Source: Octopus sinensis
Taxonomy: Eukaryota
Reading direction: 5' to 3'
NCBI RefSeq assembly: GCF_006345805.1
Contig: NW_021834581.1
Location: 1-46,774 of the forward strand
DNA: 46,774 nt
Part shown: piece by piece, positions 36,554 through 46,774 of the stretch
Layout: every line of letters begins with the position of its first letter
Numbering within the stretch: position 1 is the stretch's first letter
Translations under genes and position numbers: made by a program
The notes under the pieces: model-generated
What the model was told of the DNA's origin: nothing
The model's input: the letters and a program-made list of their open reading frames with translations, nothing else
The model's database searches: none

Positions 36554-36996
36554 CCACATGTCCGAAACTCATGTCTCCCGCATGTCCGACACTCGCATCC
36601 CAAAACAGCTCTTCTACGGTGAACTCGGCCAGGGCAGGCGCAAAGTCGGAGGGCAGAAGAAGCGCTACAAGGATAGTCTCAAGGTCTCTCTCAAATACTT
36701 CTCCATCGGAACAGTGACCTGGGAGACACTTGCTGCCAACCGCTCATCCTGGCGCAGCGCAATCACCGTGGGAGCAGGGACAGCCGAGGAGGGACGGATT
36801 CGGTCAGCGGAGCAGAAACGTCAGATGCATAAAGCCAGAGCCGCCTGCACCAGTAGCACGGCCCCTACCCACTTCTGCCCCACCTGTAGGAGGGGCTTCC
36901 TTGCTCGGATTGGCCACCTCCGGTCTCATGGCGGCAGTTCCATCAGATGATGTCAGTTGGTCATCTTCGAACCGATGGACGAACATTATTATTATT
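36554..36996 (+). mobile_element. RTE/BovB-like LINE 3' end, 5'-truncated, (ATT)n tail
   Basis: HVSRMSDTRIPKQLFYGELGQGRRKVGGQKKRYKDSLK..WETLAANRSSWR..CPTCRRGFLARIGHLRSH (C2H2-like). Confidence 0.9.
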
Positions 36997-37503
36997 GTGT
37001 GTGTGTGAGAGTGTGTGTGTGTGTGTCCTCATTATTTTTTCTTTCCACATTAAATTCCAATATAATCACGTTTTACACACACTGTAACGTATCTACAGAA
37101 AATTACATTAGAAAATAACCCATTTTTGTTAAAGTTTTGAGCAAACACAGACAATTCATGTGAATTTTACGAAACTCATCTTTCCGCCCACAGACAAATT
37201 TGTTTCGCTACAAATTCCGATATAATCAGAATGATCACCATCTGAAGCGTATTTACAGAAAATTTTATTAAATACTGTCCGTTTGGCGGGGAGTTATGAG
37301 GAAACAAATTCGGTTCGTCGCACACATCTGTGAGAAAGGCTGCCTTCCCAATACGGGTCTTCTGCTGGAAATCGCTGTTCCAGTCGGAAAGCTTCTCGGC
37401 TCTCCTCTCCTGCATCTGTGCGTGTCGGTGGGACATTACCGTCAAATCCAAGCACCATCTGAGTCGTCTCTTTTCCTCACTAATATTTCTCACTTTCTTT
37501 CAC

Positions 37504-37544
<41 letters not shown>

Positions 37545-37879
37545 CTCTCTGAGTGTTATGTTGCAGCCCTACCCAACCATCAGAATCATCCTCACCTGAC
37601 CTAAGAGCGTCATTGACAGAGAAAGTACCTGTCCATCTGCAGCTGACATGTACCCTAAGCCTCGACTCCTTGAAGCATCAACGGCTTAAAATGTGTAAGA
37701 AGCCGGTTCCCTTTGTTAACAGCATGTAGGTCGACGGTAGAGATATCTGGTCGGCGGTGGAAGATTGAGACAGATGCACAGGTATCTCGACGAAATTCAG
37801 CTGCGGGGAAGTGGCTTCTGTCTTTACAATCAACCACGTTTTTCATTTTTCTTGAATATTTTATTTAAATAAGAAATTT

Positions 37880-38950
37880 CAGTGTTCTTCCCTTTTGTAC
37901 AGACATATTACGTTTATTAAGTTGTCCAAAAATGTCTGACAAATAGAATAATTTGTATAACGAATCTTCATTGTGAAACAAATCTGAATTTAATCCCAGT
38001 AGGAATATTATGTCTTCATTTTCTTAAAGTTCTATCAATTGTTTCAAAGCTTCTCCATTTCAGATTCATCACACTTCTGTTCTTCATAAACTTTGCCGAA
38101 ATTGGATACCATTTCCTCACAGAAGAGGAAACTATTGAGAAGAAGAATTTTAATAACGTTAATAATTTTAACCGCTTCTTGTAATATTGCAAAAGTATCT
38201 GGAAATATTTTCTGAGAAACCAACACCTCTCAGTGAAGATTGCAATAAGTGACAGAAATAGGGTTTTTATCTTACAAATTTAACTTCAACCCCAATTTCC
38301 CTCCTTATCATAGCTTCTGCATCTTTATTACATACTACATTACATTTATACCATCGAAGGCCTAGTTCTGAGAAACTATCGTCTACTTTTAGCTACAAAG
38401 TCTCCATCTAACGAACCAATCTTCCTGGCCCCTATTCTATATTACTATAGTTTGTAATTTTATTTGCTTCATCTAATTGAATTGCATGTTTAGAGACGTT
38501 GTTTAAAAACCTTCGCATAATTTACTCCAATTAATCATTATTAGTTTCTGAAATACAAATACCAACATTATCATTTCGCAGACGAACTTTGATTCATCTG
38601 CATGTTATTTCAGTGAATAATTCCTGATGTTTTCATTGCTGCTGCTAATACAAGTTCTTCACCGATGTTGTTTGGGGTTTATTTTATCTCTTGCAATTAA
38701 ATAAGCAGCTTCAAATGATGCCCTTAAGTATTTCACTCTGTCTATTGAGTGAATAACTTGCTCAAGAGATTGCTTCTGTGTACTGATAGCCTTTCAAGAC
38801 AATTCTATAGTCTTATTATTATAAAGAAATGTCTTGAATGAAAACGTTTTTAATATTTGTGGGCTTCATATTTTCAGACACCAAACAATTCTTACAAATA
38901 AACCTGACCGGAATTCTTTCAATATTTGTCCAAAATATGATACCATATAA
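37880..38950 (-). mobile_element. hAT transposase remnant (Charlie/Buster; ZBED5/SCAND3-like)
   Basis: ICKNCLVSENMKPTNIK; SFEAAYLIARDNKP..IGEELVLAAA; HAIQLDEA; TYCNLH*EVL; LQEAVKIINVIK..LFCEEM. Confidence 0.8.
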
Positions 38951-39328
38951 TTTGTTTCTAAACCAATAATTTCTAATAATAATTGCTTAAAATGTAAATA
39001 ATTTTATGTTAAATTTCAAAATAATCAGGTTTGTTCACTCGTTTCACGTTCAAATCCAATAACAATTGGACAATACTTACGAGTTGCGTTTCACTAAATT
39101 TTCAAATTTTAATTTATAGATTTTTTTATATGTACAATGGTGAAATTTGACGTTTTGCAGGAAATCTACAATAACTATTGAGTAACAATGATCATAATGG
39201 TAGAATATGAAATAAAGAACATGCAACCATTGCAACATTGGGAAAACCTGCCTTAAATCACTGCAGAACAAATAGAAACATCCATAGACACATCGTATAT
39301 TACATAGAAATACTATTCCTATATGATA

Positions 39329-39632
39329 CACTAGCAGAGAAAACCGGCTTTGCTCGGGATTAAAATAGCATTGTTTCGATATTATGACCCGAATTCATTC
39401 GGGTCTACTCGGGCCACATTTTCAAGATGAGGAATCCCCCCCCCCCCCAAGAAAACTTTTATTAAATGTTGGCAATGTAAAAAAGCATGCCAAATGCTTA
39501 AACAGTCTTTGAGAAGTGATTGAAGAAACCTCGCGGATGCAGATGTGAAGGGCAAAGAATGACGGGAAAATGCTGGAAAAATACAAAAGACCAGTCTGGT
39601 CTCTGCACAAAACTGAAATAGTATAATACGAC
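39329..39632. mobile_element. Possible non-autonomous Helentron/Helitron-type element
   Basis: Starts CACTAGCAGAGAAAACCGGCTTTGCTCGGG (ACTAG plus GC hairpin) with perfect hairpin GACCCGAA-TTCA-TTCGGGTC at 39386-39405. Confidence 0.3.
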
Positions 39633-40845
39633 TGCTCTTACAATGGCCATACTCGATAACGAGGAGACAGCCACCATGTATGTATGTATGTATGTATGTA
39701 TGTATGTATGTATGTATGTATGTATGTATGTATGTATGTATGTATGTATGTATGTGATTATCCAGTTTTATATGTAGAGGGTGAACCGGATTCTAACCTA
39801 GATCCAATGTTCCTTCATTGGAATTTCAACATCACAGGGTACATTTGCATATATGTATAAGAATATTAGCCGTATTTGAAATTAGTACACGTGCAGATTT
39901 GTATATTTGGTTTTGTGTATGTATTCTCATGCATATTTTTAAATGATAAATTTCTGGAAACATTTAGATTTTAAGAGATCCAGTCGTGGCCTGGATCTGT
40001 AGATTTCGAAACAGCATTTTCCCTTCTAGTTTTGGGAAGCCTAATTTCTCGGGATTAGACAGTGTGTTGCATATCCCAGTGTCCCACTAATTACAGATTA
40101 CAAGTTCAAGTCTATACGTTAACTGATAATATAGGACGTGTAACTGTAGATTTCTCAAGAGTTCAAGAATTCTTTTTATGATCTTTAGATTTATGTTAAC
40201 ATCCGCTGGTCAGCTCATTTCCACAGCTGTACACAGATTGTCTTCCCTGAGTCAAATCTTCTCTGTCACGTCGATTATGGTCACATTTTATTGAGGGTTT
40301 CACTGGGACATTTCAAAAATACTCCTTCTTATTAGCGGCTATAGCTTCTACTATCTTATGGGTACTCACTATATATGTATGTATGTATTATGAATCTTTG
40401 TGTGTGTGTGTGATTTGTTGAGGCACCACATCACAAAAGCAAAATAATGCTTATCTTTTAGAGAGAAAGCTAGAGAAAGCGAAAGAGAGAGAGAGAGAGA
40501 GTAGTATATGATATTTTGAGAAAGGAAGGGATGTTGTTTTTTCCATTTGACTTAACATTTAGAACATATGTTAACAATGTTTGGTGTGTTTTGTTCAGTA
40601 CAATGTATTGAAATTTTAATGAACAATGGGTGACGCAATACTGCAATGTAGTAGTAAGTAATATTATACATACATACATATGTGTGTATGTGTGCGTGAG
40701 TATGTTTGTGTGTGTACATAGATATATACATGTATTACTAAACAATATATATATTGTTTAGTAATAAACAATATATATATATAATGTCTACATACAGCTC
40801 TTTATATATACATACACAGACAGACACCCAGACACCCAGACACCA

Positions 40846-40894
<49 letters not shown>

Positions 40895-41364
40895 CTATCT
40901 ATGCATACATCTCTGTCTGCATTGGAATGTATGTATGTGCATATATATATATATATATATAAATCAATCTTTTGTTTCCGTCAGTAGAATCGGCCAAGAT
41001 GGCGCACCCACTTGAATAATATTTAATTGAATGAATGGTAATATTAAGGGGTCATAAACGCACCTGCGCCGGTTGTTAAGCACACTAAAACACACAAACA
41101 CACAAACACATACACACACACATACACACACACATACACGCTTATCCGCACATATACTGAGATGAGGTATTTCTTTCAGTTTCCGGCTATCGAATTCACT
41201 CAAAAGTCGCATGTCGGCCGGAGGTTATAGCGGGAAATTCCCGTCCATGTTGCGACGCAGTGGGACTGAACCCAACACTATGTGTTTGGTTAACAAGCTT
41301 CATACATGTCTGTGGGTATAAGTGTATACACATGCATATACATAGATATAATATTGATATATAT

Positions 41365-41590
41365 CTCTTTCTTTCTCTCTTTTACTTGTTTCAGTCATTT
41401 TGACTGCGGCCATGCTGGAGCACCGCCTTTAGTCGAACAAATCGACCCTGGGACTTATCCTTTGTAAGCCCAGTGCTTATTCTATCGGTCTTTAGCCGAA
41501 CCGCTAAGTGTCGGGGACGTAAACACACCAGCATCGTTTGTCAAGCAATGCTAGGGGGTCAAACACAGACACACAAACACACACATACAC

Positions 41591-41639
<49 letters not shown>

Positions 41640-41803
41640 TACGACAAGCTTCTTTCAGTTTCCGTCTACCAAATCCACTCACAAGATATTGGTCGGCTCG
41701 GAGCTATAGCAGAAGACACTTGCCCAAGATGCCACTCAGTTGGACTGAATCCGGGACCAGGTGGTTGGTTAGCAATTTACTTAACACACAGCCACTCCTG
41801 CGC
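41365..41803 (-). mobile_element. SINE family B, near full length
   Basis: Minus strand GCGCAGGAGTGGCTGTGTG (A-box-like)..GGATTCAGTCC (B-box-like)..TGACTGAAACAAGTAAAAGAG; absent from copy 1 of the duplication. Confidence 0.85.
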
Positions 41804-42365
41804 ATATATATGTATATATGTCTGTAATTCCTTGGTGATCTAAACGAATAGATACGCTGACAAATGCTATATTCGATAATCCGTTACGTTCCAATTTCAC
41901 ATCTGAGGCTGGAGCTAGGGATCCGTGTTAGGCGTCTGAGTTAGCTGGTCTATATTAATTAAAAGAAAAAGGACAACACAAATCAAGGCAGCGAGGGTAT
42001 CTCAAGTACTTCATCGAAGTGCGAACTTACGTCCCTACCCTCTGGAAAAGGATGTGCTGTGAACATTAAACTCCTCTCTGTATTCTTCTATCTACTGATA
42101 TTCTTCAATTTCCCATTTCATGCCTTTTAACTTGTGAAATTCCCTGTCTAGATCTTTCACAATTAGTCGTATAGTCTCTGATGTTGGAATACTCAGTGTA
42201 CGCACATGCTAGCCTATCACTTGGGATATCCTAGAAACGACTGGAGGACTTCAAATTAAATATTGTAAATGACTTGAGATATTCTTCCTGCCTTCGATTT
42301 ATATTCTCCGTTTCCCTTTAATTAATATACAAATACACACACACACACATATATGTACATGTATA

Positions 42366-42439
<74 letters not shown>

Positions 42440-42450
42440 GAGAGATATGT

Positions 42451-42539
<89 letters not shown>

Positions 42540-42540
42540 A

Positions 42541-42795
42541 TAAGAGGCGCAGGCAACAGGTTGTTTGTTCACATACCGAAAAAATTAGAAATAGCAGTGA
42601 AGACGGTTTATTTCTATTATCTTCAAATGGGGCTCCACACACGTTATTTATTCCTTCTGTTTTGCATATGTGAATTACAGGTATGTCGTGTGTGGAGTCC
42701 CACATGCAGATAATAGAAATAAACAGTCTTGACTGCTATTTCTAATTTTTTCGGTATGCGGCCAAGCAACCTGTTGCCTGCGCCTCTTATTTATA
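42541..42795. mobile_element. Hairpin MITE, duplicate of 17623-17887
   Basis: TAAGAGGCGCAGGCAACAGG ... CCTGTTGCCTGCGCCTCTTA. Confidence 0.85.
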
Positions 42796-42950
42796 TAAAA
42801 TAAATATACTGAACTTTACAGAAGTTCCTACCGTTAATCGGCTATATTTACATACCGAATTCTACCAGTAAATAATTGTTGTTTTTTTTAAAAACCATTA
42901 TAGAAATTATTTACTTTCATTATATATATTATATATATATATATATATAA

Positions 42951-42990
<40 letters not shown>

Positions 42991-43004
42991 GTATATATAT
43001 TACT

Positions 43005-43130
43005 CTCTTTTACTTGTTTCAGTCATATGACTGCGGCCATGCTGGAGCACCGCCTTTTAGTCGAGCAAGTCCCAACGCAGTGGAACTGAACCCGGAACCA
43101 TGTGGTTGGTTAGCAAGCTACTTACCACAC
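43005..43130 (-). mobile_element. SINE family B, internally deleted
   Basis: 3' part (TTTTACTTGTTTCAGTCA..GGAGCACCGCC) joined directly to 5' part (GCAGTGGAACTGAACCCGGAACC). Confidence 0.8.
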
Positions 43131-43186
43131 AATGCGAGTAACTTAGCATATAAGAGTTGAGAAAGAGTAATTAGAAGGCTTCACAC

Positions 43187-43880
43187 CAGGGTTGCCAATT
43201 TAGCATATTTATGATAGATCTAGCATTTTTTTTTCAGCATTTAGCAAAAAGTTTTGAATTCAGCATTTAGCAGGAAAAATAGTAGATTTAAAATTTTATT
43301 TTGAGTTTTTCTCTGATCATGACATTATCTCAATAGTTACCCTTTTTTCATCTTTTTCTTCGTTTTCTACTTTCGTTAATTTATCTTATAGCCAAAGTTT
43401 AGTAAAATCGGTTATTATTGAATTTTTGTTTTCACTTTCTTGAAGCTTCAAATGAAAATTTTTCATAAGGATCTTTATTAAGTTATGAACTTTTCCAGCT
43501 CCTCCGCCTCCACCGGTGGTACATACATATTTCAGAATATTATCTTTAGAAATACGTGGTGTAGATGGCATTGACGATGTTTTAAAAATTTAATTAGTGA
43601 AAACGAAATTAGATATAAAACTTTTACTGGCTATAGGAACCAACTAGGCTAGAGTAATGATAGGAATCAACAATGGTGTTTTCCAGATATTAAAAGAAGT
43701 CCCATCATTACGTCTATTTAGAAGGTTATGTCATTCTTTACAGTTGGCAGTATCCCACACTTGTACTGAAATTTAGCATAAAATTATGATTTTGAGTTGG
43801 TTAGACTGCTTCAAACAATTACGGAATTCAGTTTCATAGAGTAAAACAATTCACATTGCTGCAGCAATAAGCTTCAAGGT
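43187..43880 (+). mobile_element. hAT remnant with left TIR
   Basis: CAGGGTTGCCA at 43187, subterminal (T/C)AGCATTT repeats, then the same transposase remnant as 18920-19520. Confidence 0.75.
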
Positions 43881-44855
43881 CACTGAAGCAAATGAGAGAA
43901 CAAAATGCTATGATGATGATGTTGATCACCATCATCATCATCATCATCATCGTCGTCGTCGTCGTCATGATTGTATCGTCCCTCAGTTCATAATGCTTGG
44001 GTCGAACGGTGTTCATTGTTCAAATATTCTACACACGAATCCCTTTCCTCTCGCTAGCCATCGCCTCTTTCCGAGAAAGATACAACATTGTCAAAGATGG
44101 ACATATTTTTAAACAGGCAGTTAAAGATTAATCTCAACTTTTGTGTGATGGTGAGGCTCGTTTACGACAGTTCCGAGATGAAAAGATAGGGAAAACACAA
44201 ATAAAAATGCATTCATATACACATAAATATAATAATATAAATATATATGTGTGTACTTTTATATACACACACTTTCATACACACCGGAAAAGATGTCCGG
44301 CAGAATAGGGATGGATGACCATAGAAGGATTTGTACCAAACTTTGGCATTGAAATCTCTACAAATACCGGAATAGGGCGCAGCTGCATAGTGACAAAGTG
44401 GTCACATTCGTATATACACACAGAGATATTCATACACACACACACGTCTATGTGTATGAGTGTGTGTTTGTGTGCGAGTAAGTGTGAGGCGGATATTTCT
44501 TGGGTGTAGCTAGGATGTTAAGCAGAAAAGTCACTAATTTCATTTGCTCTCAAATGCAATAAAGTTTACAAAGGTTTATATGTGTATGATTTTATACAAT
44601 TACATAATGCCTACGCATATGTATGTACAAACACACACGCACACACACATATTTGCGAATGTGTGAGTGTTTATATGTGTCTATATTTGGGATGGTCACC
44701 ATATTGATAAAATACAAAAGATATTCACAATTGTGCAATGAATTACGTCTCCAAATTACCGGAATACCCAAGCAAATATTCTATTCAACAACGAGTGTTG
44801 CAGTAGGAGTTGAGGCGTGAATTCAAAAGGATATATATCATAATCATTACGACAG

Positions 44856-44941
<86 letters not shown>

Positions 44942-45033
44942 TATATATATAGTGTGTGTGGTAGGAGTTGAGACGTGAATGCAAAAGGTGTATATATCAT
45001 AATCATTGCGACGACGTAAACTTTCTACGTAAC

Positions 45034-45108
<75 letters not shown>

Positions 45109-45230
45109 TGTATAGAGGGCATTATTACACATAAATGCCTCACACTAGAGGGACAAAGTCATTACTACCAAAATTATACTAATCATACCTAAATGCAGTT
45201 TTTCAAAGCAAGACATTTAAAAATGAATTT

Positions 45231-45288
45231 AGTTCTGTATCACCGTGATTTCACATTCAACTTACGTCTTATGATCATCAGCAGAACT
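45231..45288 (-). ncRNA. Type I hammerhead ribozyme
   Basis: Reverse complement identical to 46474-46531. Confidence 0.75.
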
Positions 45289-45706
45289 GATTCTGAACAC
45301 ATCATAAATAAACAACCAACCTTACGTAGCGAAGACGAACAGACAACTGCCTACTCCGGCCAAGCACATGGAATGTTTAAAATCATATATCCGGTAAATG
45401 GCGGGCTTTTTACGAACTTCATGTCGGGTAATGAAAAGTATTTCGGAATAAGTTTAACAATTAAGGATAATCTCTTAATAAGGATCTTAACAAGAAATTA
45501 TCGGGTAGTTAGCGTGAAAACCTCATAAAAGAAAAGAATTCGAAAATATTTTTTTCTTTTGAACAAATTAATTATATCTATATTGTATAGAGGGCATTAT
45601 TACACATAAATGCCTCACACTAAGAGGGACAAAGTCATTACTACCAAAATTATACTAATCATACCTAAATGCAGTTTTTCAAAGCAAGACATTTAAAAAA
45701 TGATTT

Positions 45707-45764
45707 AGTTCTGTATCACCGTGATTTCACATTCAACTTACGTCTTATGATCATCAGTAGAACT
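45707..45764 (-). ncRNA. Type I hammerhead ribozyme (one stem I mismatch)
   Basis: As 46474-46531 but AGTTCTA before CTGATGA. Confidence 0.7.
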
Positions 45765-46473
45765 GATTCTGAACACATCATAATAAACAACCAACCTTAC
45801 GTAGCGAAGACGAACAGACAACTGCCTACTCCGCCAAGCACATGGAATGTTTATAAATCATATATCCGGTAAATGGCGGGCTTTTTACGAACTGCATGTC
45901 GGGTAATGAAAAGTATTTCGGAATAAGTTTAACAATTAAGGATAATCTCTTAATAAGGGATCTTAACAAGAATTATCGGGTAGTTAGCGTGAAAACCTCA
46001 TAAAAGAAAAGAATTCGAAAATAATTTTTTTCTTTTGAACAAATTAATTATATCTATATTGTATAGAGGGCATTATTACACATAAATGCCTCACACTAAG
46101 AGGGACAAAGTCATTACTACCAAAAATTATATTAATCTTAGTGTGAGGCATTTATGTGTAATAATGCCCTCTATACAATATAGATATAATTAATTTGTTC
46201 AAAAGAAAAAAATTATTTTCGAATTCTTTTCTTTTATGAGGTTTTCACGCTAACTACCCGATAATTTCTTGTTAAGATCCCTTATTAAGAGATTATCCTT
46301 AATTGTTAACTTATTCCGAAATACTTTTCATTACCCGACATGCAGTTCGTAAAAAGCCCGCCATTTACCGGATATATGATTTATAACATTCCATGTGCTT
46401 GGCCGGAGTAGGCAGTTGTCTGTTCGTCTTCGCTACGTAAGGTTGGTTGTTTATTTATGATGTGTTCAGAATC

Positions 46474-46531
46474 AGTTCTGCTGATGATCATAAGACGTAA
46501 GTTGAATGTGAAATCACGGTGATACAGAACT
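46474..46531 (+). ncRNA. Type I hammerhead ribozyme
   Basis: AGTTCTG-CTGATGA(46481)-T-CAT-AA-GAC-GTAA-GTT-GA-ATG-T-GAAA(46510)-TCAC-G-GTGA-TA-CAGAACT: 7-bp stem I, intact core, GNRA-capped stem II, stem III, AUA cleavage triplet. Confidence 0.75.
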
Positions 46532-46774
46532 AAATTCATTTTTAAATGTCTTGCTTTGAAAAACTGCATTTAGGTATGATTAGTATAATTTTGGTAGTAA
46601 TGACTTTGTCCCTCTTAGTGTGAGGCATTTATGTGTAATAATGCCCTCTATACAATATAGATATAATTAATTTGTTCAAAAGAAAAAAATTGTTTTCGAA
46701 TTCTTTTCTTTTATGAGGTTTTCACGCTAACTACCCGATAATTTCTTCTTAAGATCCCTTATTAAGAGATTATC

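Larger units (their letters stand above)
39641..44853. repeat. Segmental duplication, copy 2
   Basis: Colinear with 15625-20495, with copy-specific insertions. Confidence 0.95.
45106..46774. repeat. ~476-bp tandem array with internal inversion (units at 45106, 45581, 46057 on -; 46137, 46614 on +), runs off the window
   Basis: Periods 475-477 bp; near-identical units. Confidence 0.95.

Noticed and set aside
45193-45528. Repeated ORF MQFFKARHLK (also 45669 and 46381)
   Set aside because: Antisense to the ribozyme, broken differently in each unit, no recognisable domain.
45106-46774. CRISPR-like or rRNA/tRNA array
   Set aside because: Units are near-identical over their full length with no unique spacers, the context is eukaryotic, and no rRNA or tRNA fold is seen.

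Overview
Eukaryotic, AT-rich, microsatellite-saturated DNA. The tRNA-derived SINE families and the density of (AT)n/(ATCT)n/(AAT)n/(GT)n tracts look like an Octopus (cephalopod) genome; this is from recall, not a search. I recognise no intact host protein-coding gene, and most ORF-track entries are microsatellite read-throughs. The window is a mosaic of decayed mobile DNA: an R4/Dong-type RLE LINE 3' end, two RTE LINE fragments, four L1/Tx1-clade LINE copies, a Penelope-like (PLE) fragment, two Gypsy pol fragments, three hAT transposase remnants, a mariner TIR, several foldback MITEs and three SINE families. A ~5 kb block is duplicated (15625-20495 vs 39641-44853). The strongest signal is a ~476-bp tandem repeat (45106-46774, diverged relative at 18063-18662) in which the complete units carry a type I hammerhead ribozyme fold with compensatory base changes between the two loci: a candidate non-LTR retrozyme or PLE terminal-repeat system, arranged as a fold-back inversion. 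Other notable items: Tx1 LINEs stacked in (ATCT)n, a 110-bp templated insertion of LINE endonuclease sequence into a Gypsy pol, an in-frame PLE/Tx1 RT chimera, a second minimal-hammerhead repeat family and a ~0.9 kb nested palindrome. Coordinates and identities were read by eye; element edges are approximate.
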